DNA of 64,000 nucleotides from Acidimicrobiia bacterium (GCA_963665765.1 OY762464.1:233741-297740); one strand, 5' to 3'; positions 47,936 through 57,330 are shown, counted from the first letter of the stretch. The notes: generated by a model from the letters alone, not told the origin. Made by a program: numbers and translations.

Positions 47936-48920
47936 TGCCCATGGTCGCAGAGTCCGTGGTGGAATTTGCCGCTGTCGATTGGTTCACAGCCTTGGGGTAC
48001 CAGCACATAGCGGGCTCGGAAATGGTGCCGGGGCCTTCCGGCCGGCGTAAGAAAAGCTATGAGGAAGTGGTGTTGAAGCAGGTCCTGCAAGAACTGCATC
48101 GACCGGCTCAACCCGCATCTCGACCCCGGCGCCCGGTTTGGAAGCTTTCCGAAAGATCACCCGGCCGGAGGGGGCAAGCACGGTGGCTCGGAACCGAGAC
48201 TTTTCATCCTTCCAAGAGGTTCGGGCAGTGCTGTCCAAGCCGGCTCCGGGACAATTGCGATCGGACGAGAGGTTGGATTTGGCGGTACGTCAGATAATTT
48301 CCCGAGCCGTGGCACCCGACGGCGTGCTGGACATATTTGCGGCCGCCGGGTTGAAGAAACCGGACATCTCCATCTTGTCGGACGAGTTCCTGGCCGAAGT
48401 GCGGGCCATGCCTCACCGCAACCTGGCCGTGGAACTACTCCAAAAGCTTCTCAAAGGTGAGGTCGCCACCCGCCACCGCAAGAACCTGGTGCAGGCGCGT
48501 TCTTTTTCCGAAATGCTCGAACGGTCTCTACGGCGCTATCAGAACCGCTCAATCGAGGCTGCGCAGGTCATCGAAGAATTGATCCAGTTGGCCAAAGAGA
48601 TGCGAGAAGCGAACGCTCGGGGCGAAAAACTGGGCCTCTCCGAAGATGAACTGGCCTTCTACGACGCCCTGGGAACCAACGACAGCGCCGTGAAGATAAT
48701 GGGCGATGAGGTGCTAAGCGCCATCGCCCGGGAACTGGTGGAGACAGTCCGCAACAATGTCACCATAGACTGGACTCTTCGAGAAAACGTCCGCGCCAAC
48801 CTGCGCCGCCTGGTCAGACGCACCCTGAGAAGGCACGACTATCCCCCCGACAAGCAGGAAAAAGCCACCCGCACCGTCCTCCAACAAGCCGCACTGCTAT
48901 CCGAAACCTGGGCTGCTTGA
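47935..48920 (+). pseudogene. hsdR: type I R-M restriction subunit HsdR remnant: N-terminal about 55 aa joined (with a frameshift) to the C-terminal DUF3387 domain; the helicase/nuclease core is absent
   Basis: [51 protein letters not shown].., then in another frame ..[22 protein letters not shown].. and ..[43 protein letters not shown]... Confidence 0.75.
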
Positions 48921-48970
48921 AATCAGCTCCCTTGTCTCTTGGTACGTTACCTGATGTGTATGATCGGTGT

Positions 48971-49183
48971 ATGGCCCGCACCAACGTAGACATTGACGAT
49001 CGGGCATGCGCCGAGGTCATGCGGCGTTATCAATTCGCCACCAAGCGGGAAACTGGCAACTTCGCTCTGCGAACTCTGGCGACCGAATCCGCTTCGGTTG
49101 ATGAGGCCCGTGCTCTTCGAGGCATAGGATGGGAGGGAGATCTAGGCGCAATGCGCTCTGACCGAACGTCCCGGCTAGTGTGA
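48971..49183 (+). CDS. VapB-family type II antitoxin (DUF2191-like) with no adjacent VapC
   Basis: MARTNVDIDDRACAEVMRRYQF.. N-terminus. About 70 aa. Confidence 0.6.
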   Translation: MARTNVDIDDRACAEVMRRYQFATKRETGNFALRTLATESASVDEARALRGIGWEGDLGAMRSDRTSRLV

Positions 49184-49194
49184 AACGCTGAACC

Positions 49195-49743
49195 ATGGCA
49201 CGCATCAAGGTCATTCCCGACGACTCTTGGGACGACGCACTCGGTGAGCTTTATCCGCGGGTTGTTGATCCGACCTATGGCCGGGTCGACAACATTCTCG
49301 CCGTGCACTCGATTAACCCTCGCGGCATGGCGGCACACCAGGGTCTGTACGAATCGGCCATGGCCGGGACGGCCACGCTCCGCAAGGTCGAGCGGGAGAT
49401 CCTCGCTCTGGTGGTGAGCCTCGAGAACGAATGCCACTATTGAGTTGTCCACCACCGGCGCGGTCTGCGTCGGTTGCTCCACAACGACGACCTCGCCGCG
49501 GCGATTGAACAAGACTGGACAACTGCCGCGCTGTCGCCAAAGCGGGTGGCGATGCTGAATTTTGCGGTCAAACTGACGGTAACGCCGGGCGCGATGAATG
49601 ACGAGGATGTCAATTCCCTACGAACCGCCGGTTTCTCCGATCGTGACATCCTCGACATAGTCGAGGTGGTCGGCTACTATGCATACGCCAATCGGATCGC
49701 CGATGGTCTGGGCATCGACACCGAAACGTGGATCCCCGATTGA
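49195..49743 (+). CDS. AhpD-like / carboxymuconolactone-decarboxylase-family peroxidase-related protein with an in-frame TGA (selenocysteine candidate) at 49441-49443
   Basis: Tracked ORFs 49195..49443 and 49474..49743 are in the same frame and together match one CMD-family protein. The TGA falls on the second Cys of the redox motif: ..ENECHY-[TGA]-VVHH.. corresponds to C-x-x-(C/U)-x-x-x-H. The C-terminal half ..LSPKRVAMLNFAVKLTVTPGAM..DVNSLRTAGFSDRDILDIVEVVGYYAYANRIADGLGI is well conserved. Confidence 0.6.
49455..49473 (+). promoter_or_regulatory. candidate bacterial SECIS hairpin 11 nt downstream of the in-frame UGA
   Basis: ccggcgc-GGUCU-gcgucgg forms a 7-bp stem (one G-U pair) around a GGUCU loop, which is like the fdhF SECIS apical loop. 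The spacing from the UGA is as expected for SelB-dependent recoding. Confidence 0.5.
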
Positions 49744-49894
49744 TCCACCAGAGGTAGAGCAAAAAGACCAAACGGGCCGCAAAGGAAGGGTATGGATCGG
49801 ATGCCTTTCCTGCCGGATCAGTTCAAGTGGCTGTTCGGAATTCACAGGGGAGTGATGGTGGAATCCGTAGAGCCGCGACCGGTGAGTTCGGTGA

Positions 49895-51154
49895 TCAGGC
49901 CCCTCCTGCCGCCCCGGCCATCTTTCTGATATCCGTCTTGCCGGTGGCTCGTCGTGGCATCCAACTGACCGCCTTCTTGAATCCCTCGTTGACCAAGAAG
50001 AAAGTAGTGAGAGAATAGAGAGCCACGACAAACGCCACTATCAACAGCCGGGCGGTGTTGGTTTCCTGCACCGCCCGGTCGGCCAGGTACCCCAGCCCGG
50101 CGCCGAAACCCAAAAACTCGGCGACGATCGCCAGGGACCAGCCACTCCCCAGGGAGAGCAGCATGGCGGTGCGCAATTCTGGAATCGACCCCGGCACAAT
50201 CACTTTGTAATAGGTGTGCAGCCGGGAGGCGCCCAGGGTACGGGCACTTTCGATGTACCGGTCGGGCACGTTGGCCACCGCATTAATGGTGGCCACCACC
50301 AGGATCGTCCACACTCCGAAGGCTATATAGATGGTGATACCAAAGACGGTGGAGCCCACGACAATCTGCAACCAGGGAGCCGCCACCAGGAGGGGGATCA
50401 TCCGTAACAAGTTCATGGGCGCCCACGCGGTCCGGCCCACCGCCGGCCAGTAGGGAAGGGCCAGACCGGTCAGAAGACCGAGCGTCATGCCGACCACCAT
50501 GCCACACAACAGCCTGAAAAGAGTCGCACCGGAGTGATAAGCGATTGCGAGGAACACGGCCGGCCAGGTCGCCTCACCACCATAGATGGGAAGGGGCGCC
50601 AGTCCCTCAAGATTGAAAGTGGCGAACCCAAGGTTTAACTCGCGGACGGTCCAGAAGCCGGACATTTCGAAAAAGGTTTCACCGAACACGTAGTCCCATC
50701 CGGGAACCAGGGGATGCTCGAGAGTTCCCGGAGGCACAACATATGACGCCACCTGCCATGCCAACACCAGCACCGCCCAGGAGACAAAGAAGAGCGGGCT
50801 ACGGCGCATGCCGGCCCACAGCATCGGCGGCCCCGCCGCTATTCCCCGTCCCGCCCTGAACAGAACATCCCTGACCCGGGCCGTGCGAAACGCAACCGGC
50901 CAGGCCCAGAACAACACCAACCCCGAAACGATCAAGGACCATGTGACGCTGATCACACCCTCATCATGTGTCCAGGTAACCAGAGGAAGGCCTTCGGGCA
51001 ACCGAAGCAGCAACCACGGAATCAGGACAGCCCAGATCAGCCATCCAATCCAGAAGGGGCTTCGGAGGATGGCAGGTTGATTCAAACCGTCGTCGCCTCC
51101 TCCTCGGTCATACCCCGATAGGCCGGGATCTTGAGGGCACCCACCGCTTCTCAA
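49895..51154 (-). CDS. ABC transporter permease (TauC/SsuC/NrtB-type)
   Basis: EAA-like loop ESARTLGASRLHTYYKVIVPGSIPE.. and ..WSLAIVAEFLGFGAGLGYL. Multi-TM. Confidence 0.75.
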   Translation of the reverse strand: MRSGGCPQDPGLSGYDRGGGDDGLNQPAILRSPFWIGWLIWAVLIPWLLLRLPEGLPLVTWTHDEGVISVTWSLIVSGLVLFWAWPVAFRTARVRDVLFRAGRGIAAGPPMLWAGMRRSPLFFVSWAVLVLAWQVASYVVPPGTLEHPLVPGWDYVFGETFFEMSGFWTVRELNLGFATFNLEGLAPLPIYGGEATWPAVFLAIAYHSGATLFRLLCGMVVGMTLGLLTGLALPYWPAVGRTAWAPMNLLRMIPLLVAAPWLQIVVGSTVFGITIYIAFGVWTILVVATINAVANVPDRYIESARTLGASRLHTYYKVIVPGSIPELRTAMLLSLGSGWSLAIVAEFLGFGAGLGYLADRAVQETNTARLLIVAFVVALYSLTTFFLVNEGFKKAVSWMPRRATGKTDIRKMAGAAGGA

Positions 51155-51186
51155 GGCTCACGACAGTTGACATGGTTCCTCCCTTC

Positions 51187-52230
51187 CTACAAACCCAGTT
51201 GGCGACCGGCCTCGGACCATCTGGTGAAGGAGCGTATCACCATTACCAGGATCCCGTCGACCACTGCAGCCAGCACGCCAAAGAAGAGGATCAGGGAGAC
51301 CACCGCGGTCGGCCCCCCCGAGTGGACCATCACGTAGCTCCACATGCGGATCAGGAACCCTCCTCCCATCTGTGGTCCCAGCACCTCCACCAGCGTTCCC
51401 AAACCCCAGGCTCCTCCCAAGGCGATCCGAAAGCCTCCCGCGATCTCCGGAATCGTTCCCCGCAGGTAGACCCATCGGAAGATGGTGCGGCGATCTCCTC
51501 CCAGGGTGAGGGCTGATTCAATGATCCCCACCGGTATGTTCTCTGCCGCCCGGCGGGTGAAGAAATACATGAGGAGCGTGGTGTAGAAGGCAACCACCCC
51601 GATGGTGGTCAACAGGGGGTACTCGATCCCGAACCAGATCACAAAGAAAGGCGCCACGATAAAGATGGGGGTGGTCCCAAAAAAACCGGCTACCGGTGTG
51701 ACCAGATCGGCAATCCACGGCAACAGCAGAGTGCTCAGTCCAACTCCCAAACCGATGACTGTCCCCACCGCAACTGCGATCAGGATATTGCGGATGGTGT
51801 GCAGCAGATGGAGAATGTACCCGAAACAGTGATCAGGAAGGGCGGACAACCTACCCCTCTTGAACTCCAACCCTTCCGACAGGTCCGGACAGGCGTGAAC
51901 GAAGCGGTCCTTCATCGGCTCGCTGAAGAACAGGTGCTCCTTGAAGTGGGCGACGGCATCGATCGGCGTCGGAATGAGAGAGAAGAGCGGCGAGAAGGGC
52001 GCGGCCAACAACTGCCAGAACAGCAGAAAGAGCACCATCCCCAGGACCAGGTAGATGACGTAGGAGACCTGGCGCCGCCGCCTATTTCGGCGCGCCGCCG
52101 CTCTTACCTCAAGAACATCGGTGTTTGTCGTGGTCAACTGTACCTCTTCGTCGCCCTCGCGGTCTTTGGATTCGCCCACATGGGCGAAGCACGGAGCGCC
52201 CTCGGCGTCTTCCATTTGCCTACTGGGCAA
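51187..52230 (-). CDS. ABC transporter permease (TauC/SsuC-type) with an unusual Cys-containing loop insertion
   Basis: ..IESALTLGGDRRTIFRWVYLRGTIPEIAGGFRIALGGAWGLGTLVE... Inserted segment ..HFKEHLFFSEPMKDRFVHACPDLSEGLEFKRGRLSALPDHCFGY... Confidence 0.7.
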   Translation of the reverse strand: MPSRQMEDAEGAPCFAHVGESKDREGDEEVQLTTTNTDVLEVRAAARRNRRRRQVSYVIYLVLGMVLFLLFWQLLAAPFSPLFSLIPTPIDAVAHFKEHLFFSEPMKDRFVHACPDLSEGLEFKRGRLSALPDHCFGYILHLLHTIRNILIAVAVGTVIGLGVGLSTLLLPWIADLVTPVAGFFGTTPIFIVAPFFVIWFGIEYPLLTTIGVVAFYTTLLMYFFTRRAAENIPVGIIESALTLGGDRRTIFRWVYLRGTIPEIAGGFRIALGGAWGLGTLVEVLGPQMGGGFLIRMWSYVMVHSGGPTAVVSLILFFGVLAAVVDGILVMVIRSFTRWSEAGRQLGL

Positions 52231-52335
52231 ACGTTACCGGGAGCCTACCCGATGAGGGCAGCGTCCAGATAGCACTCAGCCTTCGCTGTCGAGCGCCGCC
52301 ACCGTCTCCCTCACTATCGACTCGGTCAACGACTC

Positions 52336-53370
52336 TCAATCCTTGGGATCGAATTGATGGCAGGCTACCAGATGACCAGGCCGGACTTCGATGAGCTCCG
52401 GTCTCTCGGTTACGGTTCTCTTGTAGAAGATCGGGTCGTGGCTCCTCGCTGCTACCGAGACCGGACAGCGGGCATAGAAGGCACAGCCGGAAGGGGGCTT
52501 AACAGGCGACGGGATGTCGGAAGCCAGAAGACGTGCTGCCTCTTCATCTACCATTGTCGTCGATCGTGAGCCGGCAATTAGCGCCTGGGTATAGGGGTGC
52601 ATCGGGTTCTCGAATAGCTCTTCTGAAGGAGCCACCTCTACAAGTCTTCCGAGATACATCACAGCCACTCTGTCGCTCAGATAGCGGACGGTGGCGAGGT
52701 CGTGAGCGATGAGTAGATACGATATACGGAAGCTCTCTTGGAGATCACGGAGGAGGTTCATGATCTGCGCCCGGATCGAGACATCGAGTGCTGAGACGGG
52801 CTCGTCGAGGATGATGACGGATGGATTGAGCGCGAGTGCCCGGGCAACCGCAATGCGCTGACGCATTCCCCCACTGAACTCATGCGGGTAATGCCTCATG
52901 ACAGTGGGACCGAGCCCTACGGCCGCAAGAAGTTCCTCAACACGAACCTGAAGCTCCGCCTTTGGCAACGGTTGGTTGATGACTATCGGTTCAGCGATGA
53001 TCGATTCGGCTCGCTTGCGGGGATTGAGAGAACTCCAGGGGTCCTGGAACACCGCCTGAACCGATGCTCGATAGCGTCTTAGCTTGGTGCCCCGTAACTC
53101 CGCCACGTCTTCCCCCTCGAAGACGACACGGCCGGACGTGGGGGCGATGAGCCGGAGGATCATACGAGCAGTGGTCGTCTTTCCTGATCCGGATTCGCCA
53201 ACCAGGCTCAAGGTTTCTTGTGCATAGAGGTTGAACGTCACACCATCTACGGCACGCACAAACTTCCTCTCCTTCCGCGGCAACAGAGTTCCACCACCAA
53301 CCGGAAAGTGTTTTTTGAGTTCTCTAACGCCGATGATGGGGTCGGGGTGGTTCATTCGAGCAGCCAACAA
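52336..53370 (-). CDS. ABC transporter ATP-binding protein, oligopeptide/dipeptide type (DppF/OppF-like)
   Basis: Walker A GESGSGKTT, signature LSGGMRQR, and a C-terminal oligopeptide-ABC extension. Confidence 0.85.
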   Translation of the reverse strand: MLAARMNHPDPIIGVRELKKHFPVGGGTLLPRKERKFVRAVDGVTFNLYAQETLSLVGESGSGKTTTARMILRLIAPTSGRVVFEGEDVAELRGTKLRRYRASVQAVFQDPWSSLNPRKRAESIIAEPIVINQPLPKAELQVRVEELLAAVGLGPTVMRHYPHEFSGGMRQRIAVARALALNPSVIILDEPVSALDVSIRAQIMNLLRDLQESFRISYLLIAHDLATVRYLSDRVAVMYLGRLVEVAPSEELFENPMHPYTQALIAGSRSTTMVDEEAARLLASDIPSPVKPPSGCAFYARCPVSVAARSHDPIFYKRTVTERPELIEVRPGHLVACHQFDPKD

Positions 53371-54308
53371 CTCACTGAATGATCATCGGCGATATCGAAT
53401 TGAAGAGGATAGGATTCTCGGCAACGGTCCATGGCGTACGAGCATCGCGGTTCGAACGTGCATCCCTTCGGCAGATCGTAGATAGACGGTGGACTCCCCC
53501 CGATGGAGTTGAGCCGCTTTCTGCCCCGGTCGACAGACGGAACGGATTCAAGGAGCGCTTGCGTGTAGGGGTGTTCCGGAGAGGAGAGCAGCTTAGCGGT
53601 GGGTCCGGTCTCAACGATCTTTCCTGCGTACATGACAGCCACCCTGTCACACATCTTGGCGATGATGCTGAAGTCATGAGTGATGAACAGAATCGCAAGA
53701 CCTCGCGCTCTCTGTATTGCTCTTAGGTGAGCGAGAAAGGCAGCCTGGAGCGTAACATCCAGCGCGGTGGTTGGTTCGTCCGCGATGAGCAGATCAGGGT
53801 CTGCGGCCAACGCGATCGCACCCACCACTCTCTGACGCATTCCACCGCTGAACTGGTGGGGGTGATCATCGAGCTTCGACTCGGGTCCCGGGATGTGTAA
53901 CTGACGGAGCAACTCGATCACCCGATTGCGCGACGCCGACCTGTCCATGTTGCGATGGAGCCGCAGCGGCTCGCCGACCTGCTTGCCAATCGTGAGAACG
54001 GGATTCAGCGACGTCAAGGGATCCTGGAGAATCATCGAAATTCGTTCTCCTCGAACCTTGCGCATCTCCCGCTTCGAAAGCGCGAGAATGGACTCCCCAT
54101 CCAGTTCTATCTCACCGCAAACAACCCTTGAGGCGGGCCTGGGATGCAGCCCGATGATCGAGAGGGCGGTGATGCTCTTACCGCATCCCGACTCACCGAC
54201 CAACCCCAACGTCTCGCCTCGCTCCAAGTTAAAGGAAACACCGTCGACAGCTCGCCCGGTTCCCTGCCTCGTTGTGAAGTGGACCTGAAGATCGGTGACT
54301 TCAAGCAC
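53352..54308 (-). CDS. ABC transporter ATP-binding protein, oligopeptide/dipeptide type (DppD/OppD-like)
   Basis: GESGCGKS, FSGGMRQR, C-terminal extension. Overlaps the downstream ATPase gene. Confidence 0.85.
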   Translation of the reverse strand: MLEVTDLQVHFTTRQGTGRAVDGVSFNLERGETLGLVGESGCGKSITALSIIGLHPRPASRVVCGEIELDGESILALSKREMRKVRGERISMILQDPLTSLNPVLTIGKQVGEPLRLHRNMDRSASRNRVIELLRQLHIPGPESKLDDHPHQFSGGMRQRVVGAIALAADPDLLIADEPTTALDVTLQAAFLAHLRAIQRARGLAILFITHDFSIIAKMCDRVAVMYAGKIVETGPTAKLLSSPEHPYTQALLESVPSVDRGRKRLNSIGGSPPSIYDLPKGCTFEPRCSYAMDRCRESYPLQFDIADDHSVSCWLLE

Positions 54309-54390
54309 AGCAGTGCTCTTCGGTTCGGAGTCCGTGGATGGCTAGTCGACCGTGCTATTCCGGCCCGGTGTGCAGCGTGAATACATCATC

Positions 54391-55392
54391 TCACCAGCCT
54401 TCCAACATCAGGTCTACTGCTCGGCGCATATAAGTGATGTTATCGGGCACGAGCAGAGGCGTCGTGATTCCGGCCGCCATGTACTCACGGATCCTTCCGC
54501 GCACTTCCTGGTGGTCACCGTAACACCCGAGGCTTTCGACCAGACTATCGGGGATCAAGTCAGCCGCCCCGATGGCCTCCCTCTCGGATGAAGGCCAGGA
54601 CATCATCGACCTTAGACGGGCCACCAGCCGAGGATCAGCTTCAGAGGACCGGGCGATGTGAGCTTGTTCGGCAATGTACCGCGCAACTTCCGGTTTGTGT
54701 CCGGCAATCGCCCTCTCCTTGTTGTTATCGACACGGATCCGCACCATCTTGAGAATGTCAATCTCGTCATAGGGGCGGCCTACCTTCTTCGCTTCCTCGC
54801 GGATGACCTCAACCTCGCGGCGGGTTGCCGCCACCGTGTGACCGCCGTTCAACACGATGCCATCCGCCACGCGGGTAGCCAAACGCAGAAGCTCAGGACC
54901 CACTGCGCCTATGTAGATACGGATCTTGTGCGTGTCATCAACCCGGTTCTCCAGCCGTACCTCCCGTAGCCGAACGAAGTCGCCGGCGTAACTTACGGGA
55001 CCCTCCGCAGTAAGAAGGAGCCGGATCGATTCGATAACCTCGCGCATGGCCGTAACGGGCTTCTTCAGGCTGAGACCCACGCGAGTCGCCAGCGGGTTCC
55101 ACCAAGCGCTCAGACCGAGTACTACTCGCCCGGGCGCCAGCGCGTGAAGTGTCGCGAACGTCTGAGCAACCAGCGCGGGATGCCGTGTCCAAATGGGGAG
55201 CCCGGCCGTGCCTACGCGGATCCGGGCTGTATTGGCTGCGTACACCGAAAGTGGGGTGATCGCATCTCCTGTCAGCCGCGTTTCGATGGTCCAGAGCGAA
55301 TCGACCGACTCGGCGTCCGCCAACTTGGCCAATGGAATGGCTTCCCTGATGTGATTGCTCGGCAGAGCCACAGCGAAGCTGCACTCGGACAT
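54391..55392 (-). CDS. LLM-class (luciferase-like) F420-dependent oxidoreductase
   Basis: TIM-barrel LLM family hallmarks. Paralogous to 57368..58363. Confidence 0.8.
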   Translation of the reverse strand: MSECSFAVALPSNHIREAIPLAKLADAESVDSLWTIETRLTGDAITPLSVYAANTARIRVGTAGLPIWTRHPALVAQTFATLHALAPGRVVLGLSAWWNPLATRVGLSLKKPVTAMREVIESIRLLLTAEGPVSYAGDFVRLREVRLENRVDDTHKIRIYIGAVGPELLRLATRVADGIVLNGGHTVAATRREVEVIREEAKKVGRPYDEIDILKMVRIRVDNNKERAIAGHKPEVARYIAEQAHIARSSEADPRLVARLRSMMSWPSSEREAIGAADLIPDSLVESLGCYGDHQEVRGRIREYMAAGITTPLLVPDNITYMRRAVDLMLEGW

Positions 55393-55599
55393 ATCCCGAT
55401 GGTACTCAGCGTAGCCATCAGGAAAGCATCACCTCGCCACCTATGCCAACACTGGCTTACCCCCGGTTTTGTAAAACATAGGAGCATCGAAGAGCCGTCC
55501 AAACACCGATTTGCAAAATATAGAAGCATCTGGTAAGGCCAGGATCCGATTGCTACTACTAGGGTTCGGTTGACGCGATCCCGAAATGGAGAATTGATC

Positions 55600-57330
55600 A
55601 TGCGACGGTACCTGGCTCTTTTGTCCTCACTCCTGATCCTGGTCGCTGCTTGCGGAGACGGTGACACGGACCCACCCTCCACCTCCACCACCACTGCAAC
55701 CGCCCAAACCCAAGCACCGACTACCGCTGCACCTACCACCGCGTCCACTGCGCCGGAGGCCACAACCGAAGAATCGGCTGCCACGACCGCGCCGCCGACT
55801 TCAACAACGTCTACCACCCTTGGCTCACCGGAAGCTGCGCCCACCGGAACCGTGACCGTCGCCATTCCAACCTTCGGCAATGAACTCCTTGATCCGACCC
55901 GGTCCTCGAACCCCGACCTGCCGTACTGGGGCAACTCCTTTGATTTCCTAATGGGTATGGATGCGAACGGAAACCCGACGACCGAGACCGGTGCAGCCAC
56001 GGCTGTCGAATCCTCCCCGGACGCCAGGGTTTGGACGATCACACTCCGCGAGGGCATGACATTCCACGACGGTGTGGAGGTTACCGCTGAGGATGTCGCA
56101 TTCAGTTTTGAGTTGTACGCGGGTGAGGACTCTGCCTGCACCTCCTGTGGAAAGATGCAGAAGAACTTCGATTCGGCCGTTGTCACGGGCAAATACAGCC
56201 TCGAAGTGACCTTCAAGGAGCCAAACGCCCTGTTCCTTCGCGACCTGACCAGAGTGAATGACACTCTTGCCATCATCCCGAAACACCATTGGGAAGCAAT
56301 GGGGGGCGCCGACGGGTTCAACGCCAATCCTCTCGGAAGCGGACCCTATGTCTTCAGCGATCGCGCCATTGGAGAGTTCGTTGAGTTCAAGGCGAACATC
56401 GAATATTGGAACCCTGACCGGGTACCCGGATTCGAGACTCTTCGCATAGTCCTGGCTCCTGAAGCGACCAGCCGATTGGCTCTGCTTGAGCGCGGAGACG
56501 CCGATCTTGCGTTGATGGACCCGTTTACGGCCCCCGACGTGTTGGCGGCCGGCCTGGAAATTGCCGGGCCCAAACGCGTCCAGACCTTGAGTCTCGCGTT
56601 TGGTATGCCCTGGAAGACCGAGTTCTTCTACAACAACCAAGCTGCCCGCGAAGCTCTGATCAAAGCGGTTGACGTCGCAGCGATCGTATCCGCTATCTAC
56701 CCCGAGGGGACCGCGACGCCGGCCGCCAGCTTTGCAGCGGTTCCGAGCCAGGAAGGGCACGACCCCAGCCTGACGCCATACGCGTACGATCCCGGTGCCG
56801 CCGCGCAAGCAATTCAAGACCTGGGGCTAGCCGGCCAAGAGATCACGATGTACCAATATGCGTTCGGCGCGACGCCGGAGTTCCCGCGGATACAAGAAGC
56901 TGTTGCAGCCTTTTGGACCATAGCCGGGCTTAGCCCCCAGTTGAGGCCCACAGACTTCGCCACTATCCGTCCGAATTTCCTCGAGGCTCCGTACTTCACC
57001 GAGCCCTTCACGCACCTTTGGTTCGTTACAGCCGGCACAACCACGGAGAACGCCCTGAGGATCGGGGTCATCAGCAAGGATGTCGGTGGCTTCTACGCGG
57101 CTCTCGGCGATCCTGCACTCGACGATATATACGGTCAATACCGGTCTGAAGTTGACCCTGCGAAGAGAGCGGATCTCGCCGGCAGCGCCGTCAGCCTGAT
57201 CTACGACACCTTCGCGGTGCTTCCTATCGCCACTACGGACATGATTTGGGGTAAGGGTTCTCGGATATCCGGTTGGTCACCAACCAACGGATCCATAGCG
57301 GCCGTGAACTTCGAGACCCTCCGGCCATGA
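55600..57330 (+). CDS. ABC transporter substrate-binding lipoprotein, family 5 (peptide/nickel/opine-type)
   Basis: Lipobox LVAACGDG, then a Thr/Ala/Pro-rich linker, then an SBP_bac_5 fold. Start placed at MRRYLALL; the track starts at 55570. Confidence 0.85.
   Translation: MRRYLALLSSLLILVAACGDGDTDPPSTSTTTATAQTQAPTTAAPTTASTAPEATTEESAATTAPPTSTTSTTLGSPEAAPTGTVTVAIPTFGNELLDPTRSSNPDLPYWGNSFDFLMGMDANGNPTTETGAATAVESSPDARVWTITLREGMTFHDGVEVTAEDVAFSFELYAGEDSACTSCGKMQKNFDSAVVTGKYSLEVTFKEPNALFLRDLTRVNDTLAIIPKHHWEAMGGADGFNANPLGSGPYVFSDRAIGEFVEFKANIEYWNPDRVPGFETLRIVLAPEATSRLALLERGDADLALMDPFTAPDVLAAGLEIAGPKRVQTLSLAFGMPWKTEFFYNNQAAREALIKAVDVAAIVSAIYPEGTATPAASFAAVPSQEGHDPSLTPYAYDPGAAAQAIQDLGLAGQEITMYQYAFGATPEFPRIQEAVAAFWTIAGLSPQLRPTDFATIRPNFLEAPYFTEPFTHLWFVTAGTTTENALRIGVISKDVGGFYAALGDPALDDIYGQYRSEVDPAKRADLAGSAVSLIYDTFAVLPIATTDMIWGKGSRISGWSPTNGSIAAVNFETLRP

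Noticed and set aside
49195-49743. Treating the split AhpD-like gene as a simple pseudogene
   Set aside because: This reading is kept only as the alternative. The stop falls exactly on the redox Cys position and is followed by a GGUCU-loop hairpin at the spacing expected for a SECIS element, which favours recoding.
55272-56817. Minus-strand ORFs of 351 and 289 aa
   Set aside because: They are antisense to the family-5 binding-protein gene.
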